A stretch of DNA of 64,000 nucleotides from Deltaproteobacteria bacterium (GTDB taxonomy: Bacteria > Desulfobacterota > Binatia > UBA12015), in NCBI GenBank assembly GCA_046583355.1, contig JAYGCM010000045.1, positions 10,867-74,866 of the forward strand, read 5' to 3'. Shown here piece after piece: positions 9,780 to 18,732 of the stretch (positions are counted from its first letter, which is position 1; each line of letters begins with the position of its first letter). Below the pieces are notes generated by a model. It worked only from the letters and a program-made list of their open reading frames with translations, had not been told where the DNA came from and searched no databases. A program made the translations under genes and the position numbers.

Positions 9780-11201
9780 CTACGCGGCGGCGCTCTTCAC
9801 CCGAACGCGAGGATCGAGATCGATGGCAGAATCCGGGGCGGTAGCCGCATCGATCCGCACAAGGAGAGTGACGATGGACCCGACTGCGGCAACCACGCCG
9901 AGCGCGAGCATCGATTGCGCCCAGTCAATATCGGCTTTGAAAAGAAAGGCCGAAGCGATTCCGCCCAGGTTCCCGCCGGCGCCAACGATCCCGGCAACCG
10001 GGCCCAATGCGCGCCCGTTCACAAAGGGGACAATCGAGAAAGTGACGCCAGCCGCCATATGATTGAAGAGCGCAAAAATCAGCAACATTCCGACGGCCGC
10101 CGCGAGTGTGGTGATTTGCGAGAAAAGCATCAGGGCACAACCCTCGAGAAAAAGTGCGCCACAAAGCACCCGTACACGGCCCTCCGGGCCCGCCTGCAAG
10201 GCGACGCGGTCACTGACGTAGCCTCCGAGCGACCTGGCAAAAAGATTCATCATGCCGAACCCGCCTGCGATCAAACCGGCCATCTGCAATGCCTCGAAAC
10301 GCTCCAGCGAATCGAAGTAGACGAAATTGTCGAGAAAGTAGAGGGCCGAAATATTCGTGATGGTAAGCCCGATCCCGAAGCAGATCGCGTAGGCAAAGAA
10401 TAAAATCCAGACTCGGCCGTCCATCGCTGCATCGAGAAAAACGCCGTCACCCGAATCTTGCGACGCGCCGTGCCCCGCCTTGCGTAGCTCAAGAAGATTT
10501 CCCTCGGGGGTATCCTGAGTAAAGCAATAGTAGATCAATGCCATCACCAGGCAGGCGATACCCGCTGCCACCATGGCGACTCGCCAACCAACGGATTCAC
10601 TGAGCCCGAAGCTGCCGACCAATGTTGCCAGGAGCAGCGGCATTGCCAGCTGCGTCACGCCGCCGCCGATATTGCCCCACCCGGCCGTGGTCGCGTTCGC
10701 GGTGCCGACGCAATTGGGTGCGAACATCAAGGACGTATGAACCTGCGTGATCACAAAGCCCGCACCGATCACGCCGATCCATAGGCGGAAGACCAGGAAG
10801 CTTGCGAAATCGTCGGCCAGAGCGACGCCCATCACAGGAAAAGCGCCGAAGGTAAGCAACGCCGTGTAGGCCAGGCGCGGCCCGATGCGATCACAAAGCC
10901 AACCGATGCCGAGACGAGCCACGAAGGTAATCGACACCGAGGCAATGATCGTCCAGCCGACCTGGTCGCGCGTGAGACCGAGGTCGTCACGGATGATCGG
11001 CATCAGCGGCGCGATACCGAACCAGGCGAAGAAACAGACGAAGAATGCCATCCAAGAGAGATGGAAGGCCCGCATCTGGGGCGTATCGATCCGCCCCAGC
11101 TGAATCCGGGTTGCCTTCGCCTGCAGGGGCGGCTCGCCTCCGGCGGCGGCTCCGCGATGGCCAAGCGCCGGCTCCGGGCCTGCTCTAAGAACGAGCTTCA
11201 C
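9780..11201 (-). CDS. narK: Nitrate/nitrite porter (NarK/NRT2, MFS)
   Basis: AFHLSW.AFF.CF..WF, nitrate signature GTANATTAGWGNIGGG, NLFARSLGG, GIVGAGGNLG. Confidence 0.92.
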   Translation of the reverse strand: MKLVLRAGPEPALGHRGAAAGGEPPLQAKATRIQLGRIDTPQMRAFHLSWMAFFVCFFAWFGIAPLMPIIRDDLGLTRDQVGWTIIASVSITFVARLGIGWLCDRIGPRLAYTALLTFGAFPVMGVALADDFASFLVFRLWIGVIGAGFVITQVHTSLMFAPNCVGTANATTAGWGNIGGGVTQLAMPLLLATLVGSFGLSESVGWRVAMVAAGIACLVMALIYYCFTQDTPEGNLLELRKAGHGASQDSGDGVFLDAAMDGRVWILFFAYAICFGIGLTITNISALYFLDNFVYFDSLERFEALQMAGLIAGGFGMMNLFARSLGGYVSDRVALQAGPEGRVRVLCGALFLEGCALMLFSQITTLAAAVGMLLIFALFNHMAAGVTFSIVPFVNGRALGPVAGIVGAGGNLGGIASAFLFKADIDWAQSMLALGVVAAVGSIVTLLVRIDAATAPDSAIDLDPRVRVKSAAA

Positions 11202-11661
11202 TGACGAAAACCTCCCCCGCGCGGATATCTACGGCGAGCTGCCGCAGCGGACGTCGCGGCGGCCCGGCGAGTACGGCTCCGGTCTCGCCGTCAAAGCGCG
11301 CGGCATGACAGGGGCAATCGAAGCCACCCGCCGACCAGAGGACAGGGCAGCCGAGGTGCGTACATTTGCGGTCAAATGCGATCCAGGCACCATTCGCATT
11401 CTGCACCAGAAGCCCGTCGATAGCCGGCTCTGCCAACTCGAAAGCAAATGCATCCCCGGCAACGAGATCAGCGAGCGTTGCAACCCGCGTCGCCTCGGGA
11501 ATGCGTGGCTCGTGCCATCTCCGCCTCCCCCACTCGCCGAGGGCGGCCGCGCCGAAGGCGACCAGCGCAGTCACAAGGAACCCGCGACGATCGAATCGGA
11601 GGTTCGCAGCCAGAGCTTCAGGCGGTGCGGCCGAACCCTGCGGGTGCAGACGGGGCGTCAT
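11185..11661 (-). CDS. Rieske [2Fe-2S] protein with twin-arginine motif
   Basis: DRRGFL plus hydrophobic helix; CTHLGC and CPCH boxes; GPPRRPL. Confidence 0.88.
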   Translation of the reverse strand: MTPRLHPQGSAAPPEALAANLRFDRRGFLVTALVAFGAAALGEWGRRRWHEPRIPEATRVATLADLVAGDAFAFELAEPAIDGLLVQNANGAWIAFDRKCTHLGCPVLWSAGGFDCPCHAARFDGETGAVLAGPPRRPLRQLAVDIRAGEVFVSEARS

Positions 11662-12281
11662 AGGAGCACCTCGTCCATCGCGCGTTCGGCAGCCGAGCGC
11701 CTGTCTTCGGTCTCACCGACCACTACCTGGCCGATGCCGGCCGGAACCATCCACTGGATCCGGGTCCGCACCACCTCGTCGCCAAAAACAAATTCGGAGA
11801 CCGGACGGGCCTGACGTTCATCTTCGACCTCCACCCGCGTGCCATAGAAGAGCGCACCCGAGGGGCAGACGGTGGCGCACATCGGCTTGCGCCCCACCGA
11901 TGTCCGGTCGTAGCAGAGATCGCATTTCATCATCAGCTCGAGATCCTGCTCCACCTTGGGCACACCGAAGGGACAGGCAATCAGGCAATTCGAGCATCCG
12001 ATACAGCGCTCGCTCATGGACGTATGAACAACACCATCGGGCCCCTGCAGGATCGCGTCGGCCGGGCAGACATTGGCGCAGGCAGGATCCTCGCAATGCA
12101 TGCAGACGGTTGGTGCGGTCTGCACCGACGCCGGGCGCTCCAGGAAGTCCAGGTGGATCATCGAGAAGCCGCCATGCCCCGGGCATTCACTGCATCCCTC
12201 GACGCAGGCCCGACAACCGATGCAACGCTCGGCGTCGAGGAAAAGGGTCTTCTCAGGGTCAAGAAGAGTCGCACCATTCAT
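11658..12281 (-). CDS. Four-cluster Fe-S protein (DmsB/NrfC-like)
   Basis: CIGCRAC...C, CMHC...C...CP, CIGCSNC...CP, CDLC...C...CP. Confidence 0.92.
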   Translation of the reverse strand: MNGATLLDPEKTLFLDAERCIGCRACVEGCSECPGHGGFSMIHLDFLERPASVQTAPTVCMHCEDPACANVCPADAILQGPDGVVHTSMSERCIGCSNCLIACPFGVPKVEQDLELMMKCDLCYDRTSVGRKPMCATVCPSGALFYGTRVEVEDERQARPVSEFVFGDEVVRTRIQWMVPAGIGQVVVGETEDRRSAAERAMDEVLL

Positions 12282-14494
12282 GCTCGGCCCCCCTCGCGCG
12301 GCTCTACGTCGCGGAGTAAGGAAGCGGCCGGAATTTTTTCGATGCGGACGGTCGAGACCTTGAACGCGGGGATACCGGAGATCGGGTCGTAGGCACGTCG
12401 TGTCAGGAGATTAATTGAGAGGCGTCCCGGCCAATGGTAGGGAACAAAAACCGTATCCGGGCGGATCGTAGCTACGACCTGCGCCTTGAGTTCCACGAAG
12501 CCACGCCGGCTGACGATCCGCACAACTTCGCCGTCCTCGATACTCAGCCGCGAGGCGAGCTTTGGGTGGATCTCCATACGCGGCTCGGAGCATTGCTCGA
12601 CCAGCGGGCCGATCCTTCGCGTCTGATTCCCGGAGAGGAATTGCGAGACCACCCGGCCCGTCGTGAGCCATACGGGGTACTCGTCATTCAGCTCATCGGC
12701 CGGTGCGCGCCAGGGCGTCGCGTGGAAGCGTGCATGGCCGTCGTCATGGGCAAAAACGCCTCCTTCGAAGAGCCTCGGTGTGCCCGGATGGTCGTCGCTC
12801 GGGCACGGCCAGAATACACCCATCTGGGCATCGATCTTCTCCCAGCTGATGCCGGAATAATCGGCCTTGCCGCCGCGTGAAGCGGCGCGCAACTCTTCAA
12901 AAATCGCGTGCGCTGAGTCAAAAGCGAAACGCTCGCCCGCACCCAGCCGTTCGGCGAGGTCGCAGATGATCTGCCAATCACGGCGCGCTTCGCCGGGCGG
13001 TGCCACGGCCTCGCGGATCCGGATCACCCGGCCCTCGGTGCTGGTCACCGTGCCTTCATCCTCCTCATGGAGAGAACCCGGCAGCACGATATCAGCATAA
13101 TGTGCCGTCTCGGAAAGAAAGAAATCGATCGACACGAAGAAGTCGAGTTTCTCGAGCGCCTCGCGCGTAAACGTCGCATCCGGCAACGAAACCAACGGGT
13201 TGAAACAAAGCGAGATCAGCCCGCGAATCTCGCCGGCATGGATCTTCTCGATGATCTCCGGTGCGGTATGCCCCTTGCCGGGAATCTCGGACTCCTCGAC
13301 GCCCCAGAAATCCGCCATCTCGCGGCGATGTACGGGGTTTTCGATATCGCGCGCGCCGGGAAGCTGATTGCAGCGCTGTCCGTGTTCACGCGCGCCCTGT
13401 CCGTTGCCCTGCCCCGTGATACTCGCGTAGCCGCAGCCCGCGCGGCCGATCTTGCCGGTTGCCAAAACCAGATTGATACAGGAGAGAACATTTTCGACAC
13501 CGTTGGTATGGTGCTCGATGCCGCGTGCATGCAACAACATCGTGCGCGGCGCTTGCACCCACATCGCCGCCGCCTCGCGAATCCGCGCCGCCGGGACCCC
13601 GACGATTTTCTCTACCGCTTCGGGCGAGGTCTCGGCCACACAGGCCCGCACTTCGTCGAAACCTCGGGTATGCGCCGCAACAAAATCGTGATCGACGCCA
13701 CCGAGGCGAATCACTTCGTGCAGAATGGCATTCATCAAGGCACTATCAGTGCCCGGGCGAATCGGCAGGAAGAGATCGGCCGTCCGCGCAATCGGCGTCA
13801 GACGAGGGTCGACCACCACAAGCTTGGCGCCGCGGTCGCGTGCCCGCCAGATATAATCCGTGGTGATCGGACTGCATTCCGAGACATTCGATCCCGTCAC
13901 GAAGACCAGATCCGTGAGCGGAATATCCGCCCAGGGGTTCGCCGCACGATCCATCCCGAAGGCCTTCAGGTTCCCGGCGCCGGCCGAAACCATGCAGAGC
14001 CTCCCGTTGTAGTCGATATTGGAGGTGCGCAAGGCGAGGCGCGCGAATTTCCCGACCAGGTAGGCCTTCTCGTTGGTCAGCGAAGCGCCCGAGAGCATCG
14101 CCACCGCATCATTGCCATGGCGCGCTTGAATCCGGCGGATTCGTTCGGCCACCTGGCCCATGGTCTCGTCCCAGGGCGCCTCCGAGAACCCGTCGCCCGA
14201 ACGTACCAATGGATGCAGCAGGCGGTCGGGATGGTTGCTCTGCAGGTAACGCTTGACGCCCTTGGGGCAGAGCTTGCCCCGGTTGAAGGGAAACTCTTCC
14301 CATGGCTCGACGCCAACGACCTTCTCGTCTTTCACGAGCAACTTCATCCCGCATTGCTGGCCGCAGAAACAGCAATGAGTTTTGACTTTACGGTCGACAT
14401 CGAGCCGACCGGCAAAGCCACCCGGTGGCTCCCATGCCAGATGGGGCCCGTAGCGTGTCGTCAGAGTTTCGATAGAAGCGAAGGGACGGCTCAT
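12278..14494 (-). CDS. Molybdopterin oxidoreductase, assimilatory nitrate reductase-like (NasA/NasC)
   Basis: HCCFCGQQC...LCPKG [4Fe-4S] motif, NIDYNGRLC (Cys Mo ligand), [15 protein letters not shown]; no signal peptide; context with nirBD and narK. Confidence 0.85.
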   Translation of the reverse strand: MSRPFASIETLTTRYGPHLAWEPPGGFAGRLDVDRKVKTHCCFCGQQCGMKLLVKDEKVVGVEPWEEFPFNRGKLCPKGVKRYLQSNHPDRLLHPLVRSGDGFSEAPWDETMGQVAERIRRIQARHGNDAVAMLSGASLTNEKAYLVGKFARLALRTSNIDYNGRLCMVSAGAGNLKAFGMDRAANPWADIPLTDLVFVTGSNVSECSPITTDYIWRARDRGAKLVVVDPRLTPIARTADLFLPIRPGTDSALMNAILHEVIRLGGVDHDFVAAHTRGFDEVRACVAETSPEAVEKIVGVPAARIREAAAMWVQAPRTMLLHARGIEHHTNGVENVLSCINLVLATGKIGRAGCGYASITGQGNGQGAREHGQRCNQLPGARDIENPVHRREMADFWGVEESEIPGKGHTAPEIIEKIHAGEIRGLISLCFNPLVSLPDATFTREALEKLDFFVSIDFFLSETAHYADIVLPGSLHEEDEGTVTSTEGRVIRIREAVAPPGEARRDWQIICDLAERLGAGERFAFDSAHAIFEELRAASRGGKADYSGISWEKIDAQMGVFWPCPSDDHPGTPRLFEGGVFAHDDGHARFHATPWRAPADELNDEYPVWLTTGRVVSQFLSGNQTRRIGPLVEQCSEPRMEIHPKLASRLSIEDGEVVRIVSRRGFVELKAQVVATIRPDTVFVPYHWPGRLSINLLTRRAYDPISGIPAFKVSTVRIEKIPAASLLRDVEPREGGRA

Positions 14495-14518
14495 GATGGT
14501 TCTCGCTTTCCGGACGAC

Positions 14519-15556
14519 TCAAGCGGCTTGGCAGCTTCGACGCGGCACGGGCGTCGGCTGGAAACGATTGCCGGACAATGCCGACTGGACCCGCGCCAAT
14601 CGCCGACGACGACAGGGCGCGCAAACCCTCTGCACACCCGCGAAATGCATGCCTCGCCGGGCGAGAACCTGCTCGACCAATTCGAGCTGGGCCACCGAGG
14701 CGAGGGGAGAATGACAGCTTTCGCAGGACAGCCATGGCTGCCCCGGCGCGCAGAGTTCCGCCGCACCGATCTGCAGAGGGCGCCCGAAGATATGCGCCAA
14801 TTTGCTCCAAGGCATCGCGGCAAGAAGGAAAATGACACAAGCCTCGTGTGCGAAGATCATCAGATCGAAGACCCGCAAGGCACCGAGGCGCGACGCCCAA
14901 GGCAAGGCCAGCCCCGTCAACGCCACCATCAACAAGAGCATAAGAGGCGCCAGATGAAACGACCCCAAAGCGCCCGTCTCGCCGCGGCGCAGGAGGCGAG
15001 CGCCGAGAAAATAGAGGCTACCAAAGACTACCAGCAGCGAACAAAGTACCAGCGCATGGAAGACCAAAAACGCCACGATGCCCTCGACCGGAAACGAGAA
15101 AATCGGGATTCCGGCCATCACGGCCTGATAGGTCGTCGTATCAAGTGCGCGAAATTGCAACCAGCCGAAAACCAGAGGAAAAGTAATGAGCGTGGCCAAG
15201 AGCGTGCCCCAGGCCAGAGCCAGATGAGCCGCGCCGCGCAGCCGGCCTCGTCGAAACAGGAAATTCTGTGAACCGAGGGTCCGCAAGGCCACACCACTCA
15301 ACGCGACCAGCCGGCGCGGCGTCCGCAGCCGCCGCAAAAACGCCCGGCCAAAGGCTGCGGTCGCCGGCCGACGCCAGAAGAGAGAGACGCGGTACGCCCC
15401 GGCGGCGGCGCAGACGAAGGCCGCGCCGAGATAACCGAAAAGTGCCGGGTCCAGGTGCGTGAGGCGGCCGGAACCGAAAAAAACCATGCTGGCCAAGAGC
15501 AGCGTCAGACCCAGCGCGTCCCGTACCGCAAGGGCATGCAAGCCTACGGACATCAT
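14519..15556 (-). CDS. NarI-like polytopic membrane protein with C-terminal CxxC...CxxC
   Basis: Several TM helices with His residues, PWSKLAH near the C-terminus, CESC...CAPC; ATG 15556 overlaps the nirD stop. Confidence 0.7.
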   Translation of the reverse strand: MMSVGLHALAVRDALGLTLLLASMVFFGSGRLTHLDPALFGYLGAAFVCAAAGAYRVSLFWRRPATAAFGRAFLRRLRTPRRLVALSGVALRTLGSQNFLFRRGRLRGAAHLALAWGTLLATLITFPLVFGWLQFRALDTTTYQAVMAGIPIFSFPVEGIVAFLVFHALVLCSLLVVFGSLYFLGARLLRRGETGALGSFHLAPLMLLLMVALTGLALPWASRLGALRVFDLMIFAHEACVIFLLAAMPWSKLAHIFGRPLQIGAAELCAPGQPWLSCESCHSPLASVAQLELVEQVLARRGMHFAGVQRVCAPCRRRRLARVQSALSGNRFQPTPVPRRSCQAA

Positions 15557-15927
15557 ATTTCCTCGGGCAGCATCACCACGATGCGGCCGTCGATCAGGCT
15601 CACTGCATGCAACGAGAGCCGCGCCCCGCCCTCGGCGCAATCACCCGTACGAAGGTCGAAACTCCGGTTGTGCAAGGGACAGATCAGGCGCCCACCGCCG
15701 AGGATGCCGTCGGAGAGCGGACCTCCGGCATGCGGGCAGGCATCGTCGCAGGCAAAAATGCGGCCATCGCGCTGGCGAAAGACCGCAATCCGACGCCCCG
15801 ATACCGCGAAACAACGCCCCTGCCCCAGCGGCAGCGATTCCAGCGGGCCGAGGTCGAGACAGCGCGAAAGCGAGGCTGGCTCGACGATCTCCCCATCCAT
15901 CGGCAATGCGTCCATGACGAGGTTCAT
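15553..15927 (-). CDS. nirD: Nitrite reductase small subunit
   Basis: Rieske-ferredoxin CPHAGGPL..G...ICPLH; coupled to nirB. Confidence 0.88.
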   Translation of the reverse strand: MNLVMDALPMDGEIVEPASLSRCLDLGPLESLPLGQGRCFAVSGRRIAVFRQRDGRIFACDDACPHAGGPLSDGILGGGRLICPLHNRSFDLRTGDCAEGGARLSLHAVSLIDGRIVVMLPEEI

Positions 15928-18422
15928 GCGACTGCTCCCTTTCCGTCGGCCAGCGACACCGGTGCTTCAAACTGGCCCGGGTAGGCCGGACGCTCGCCGT
16001 CCGTCGCCCAAGGGTCGATGGACGACGCGACCGCCGCCTCGATCTCGCGATCGAGGCGGGCACAGATCCCATCGCGATCCTCGACCAGGATCGCGCACAA
16101 TTCGACGATCCCGAGACGTTCGACCAGATGGTAGGTCCGCTCCATATAGCGCGCATTCTCGCGGTAGAACTGCATGAAACGGCCCATCATCTGCAGCACC
16201 TCATCATGGGTCTCGACGGTGCAAAGCAAGTCACCCTTGCGCACGGTGCCGCCGGCCGCGCCGCCGATATAGATCTCCCAGGAGCCACCCTCGATCGCGA
16301 CCGCGCCAAGATCTTTCACATAAGCCTCCGAACAATTCCGCGGGCATCCGGCGGTCGCGAGCTTCATTTTATGTGGCGACTCAATACCCTGAAAGCGGCG
16401 TTCGATCTTCTGCGAAAGCTCAATGGACGCCCCGAGACCGTACCGACAAAAATCTGTACCAACACAACTCTTGCAGGTACGAAACGCCTTCGAGTAGGCG
16501 TGCCCGCTCGGCATATCCAGATCCCTCCAGACATCGGGCAAATGCTGCTTGGGAATCCCCAGAAGGTCGATCCTCTGCCCTCCAGTGAACTTCACCATCC
16601 GGGCCTCGTATTTGACGGCAACGTCGGCGATCCGACGCAGCTCCTCGGGCGAGGTCACACCGCCGTAGATCCGCGGAATTACGCTGAAGGTGCCGTCGCG
16701 TTGGATATTGGCGTGTACGCGGTCGTTGATGAAACGCGCATCGCGCTCGTCTTCATATTGGTCGTGCCAGACCGAACGCAGCAGGGAAGCCAACCCCGGC
16801 TTGCTGGCGGCATCTTCCCCACCCTCGCCGAGTGCCGCGAAGACCGCACTCACGCTGCGCAGGCTTTGTTCCTGAATCGCGGCGACCAACTCCGGCTTGC
16901 GCAGGGGAATGCCGGGCACATACCAATGCTCCCGCTCGTCGCTCTGCGCCGCGCCGCTCGCTTCCAGGATCTCACCGATGAGTCCCTTGCAGCTGCCGCA
17001 GCCAGAACCCGCACGGGTACAGGCAGCGATCCGCGCCACCGAGGCGCAGCCTTCTGCGATCGCTCCGAGAATCACCCCCTTGGAGACGCCGTTGCAATTG
17101 CAGACCTGCGCATCGTCCGGCAGGTCGGCGGCGGAGAATGGCGTCGCGCCCGCGCTGCCCTGCAACATCTCGGAGCGGCGCAGCGGTGCGGGAAGGCCCT
17201 CACGGAACATGCGCTCCAGAAGCGGCGCACGCTCGACATCGCCGATCAGAATCGCGCCCTCCAGCTGCCCCTCGCGGAGGACCAGCTTCTGGTAGATCCC
17301 GGCTTTCGGCTCGCTGTAGCGTATGATTTCGAGGTCGGCGTCATCCGACTCGGCGCGAGCATCGCCCATCGAGGCCAGATCGATGCCCATGACCTTGAGG
17401 CGGGTTGCGATCTTCGAGCCCTGATAGGCAGCATGCGTGTCGGCGCCGGTGAGAATATCGGCCAATGTCCGGGCCTGCTCCCAGATCGGCTCGACCAAGC
17501 CGTAGACCTTTCCGCGGTGCTCGACGCATTCGCCGACCGCGAAGACGCGCGGATCACTCGTCCGCATCTGGTCATCGCAGACGATACCGCGCTCAACCTT
17601 GAGATTCGCCAGAGTCGCGACCTCCGTGATCGGTCGAATTCCGGCGCTGATAACGACCATATCGGCGGCAATCTCTTCGCCCGAGCCAAAGCGTACTCCT
17701 TGGACGTGGCCGTTGCCCAGAATCTCGTCGGTAAGCGTGCCCACGCGGACCGAAACGCCCATCCCAGCCATGGCATCGGCGAGCATGGCGCCACCGGGCT
17801 CGTCGAGTTGGGCCGCCATCAACCAGGGCGCCGCCTCCACGACGGTCACATCCAGGCCATGCGCCAGCAGCCCGCGCGCCGCTTCGAGGCCGAGCAAGCC
17901 GCCGCCGATGACCACCGCCCGTTCACTGCCGCCAGCCCAAGCCACGATGCGGGAGCAATCGTCGAGGGTACGGAACTGAAAAACACCTTGCTTGTCACGA
18001 CCTGGTATCGGCGGCACGAAGGGACGCGATCCGGTCGCAAGAATCAGATGGTCCCATTCGGCCACAATCGGAGTCGCTTCGAGATCGAAGCCATTGGTCC
18101 CATAGGCCGCGGCGCCGGGCTCCATCGGGTAACCAATCACCACACGCTTGTCGCGGTCGATGGCTTCGACCTTCACGCCGGCGTGCAATTCGATGCCGTG
18201 CTCCTTGTACCAGGCCAGCGAGTTGAGCATCGTTTCGGCGGGCTCTTGCGTCCCGCCAAGAACATGGGAGAGCAGGATCCGGTTGTAGTTCCCATAGGGC
18301 TCCGCACCGAAAACTGTGATCGCAAAACGCTCGGGGTCGCGACGAAGAATTTCCTCAATGACCCTTGCCCCGGCCATTCCGTTGCCGATCACTACCAGTT
18401 TTTCACGCGCACTCTGTCCCAT
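15924..18422 (-). CDS. nirB: NAD(P)H nitrite reductase large subunit
   Basis: VIGNGMAG, YNRILLS, GGGLLGLE, BFD motif CNC...CGSC, ANIQRDGTFSV.PR, CKSCVG..FC and GCPRNC siroheme/4Fe-4S ligands. Confidence 0.95.
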   Translation of the reverse strand: MGQSAREKLVVIGNGMAGARVIEEILRRDPERFAITVFGAEPYGNYNRILLSHVLGGTQEPAETMLNSLAWYKEHGIELHAGVKVEAIDRDKRVVIGYPMEPGAAAYGTNGFDLEATPIVAEWDHLILATGSRPFVPPIPGRDKQGVFQFRTLDDCSRIVAWAGGSERAVVIGGGLLGLEAARGLLAHGLDVTVVEAAPWLMAAQLDEPGGAMLADAMAGMGVSVRVGTLTDEILGNGHVQGVRFGSGEEIAADMVVISAGIRPITEVATLANLKVERGIVCDDQMRTSDPRVFAVGECVEHRGKVYGLVEPIWEQARTLADILTGADTHAAYQGSKIATRLKVMGIDLASMGDARAESDDADLEIIRYSEPKAGIYQKLVLREGQLEGAILIGDVERAPLLERMFREGLPAPLRRSEMLQGSAGATPFSAADLPDDAQVCNCNGVSKGVILGAIAEGCASVARIAACTRAGSGCGSCKGLIGEILEASGAAQSDEREHWYVPGIPLRKPELVAAIQEQSLRSVSAVFAALGEGGEDAASKPGLASLLRSVWHDQYEDERDARFINDRVHANIQRDGTFSVIPRIYGGVTSPEELRRIADVAVKYEARMVKFTGGQRIDLLGIPKQHLPDVWRDLDMPSGHAYSKAFRTCKSCVGTDFCRYGLGASIELSQKIERRFQGIESPHKMKLATAGCPRNCSEAYVKDLGAVAIEGGSWEIYIGGAAGGTVRKGDLLCTVETHDEVLQMMGRFMQFYRENARYMERTYHLVERLGIVELCAILVEDRDGICARLDREIEAAVASSIDPWATDGERPAYPGQFEAPVSLADGKGAVA

Positions 18423-18469
18423 GCTGCCTCTCCCGAGGAAGGATTTCCTTCCAGTTGGGAGAAGGCCTT

Positions 18470-18486
18470 TGCATCACTCGTGCCAG
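18470..18486 (-). promoter_or_regulatory. Sigma54 (-24/-12) promoter of the nir/nas operon
   Basis: Minus strand reads CTGGCACGAGTGATGCA (GG-N10-GC), about 48 bp upstream of the nirB ATG, which has a GGGAGAGG RBS. Confidence 0.7.
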
Positions 18487-18732
18487 AGTGACGCAGCGCA
18501 CTATGTCGAGCCGTATCGGACTCCGATGACCTTGAAATTACTCACGAATCCTGATTTCCCGGTCGATCCGATGCGGCAGGCACGGCCGGTGAGACGACAT
18601 TGCGGACGGCATGGGGCGCTCACCAATGCGGCAGGGTGATAGATTCCCGAGCAATGCTCTGCGGCACCGGCTCGACAATCCGGCCACATAGGACCGCGCG
18701 GCAAGCCCCGCGACCTTTGCGGCCGGTGTCGA

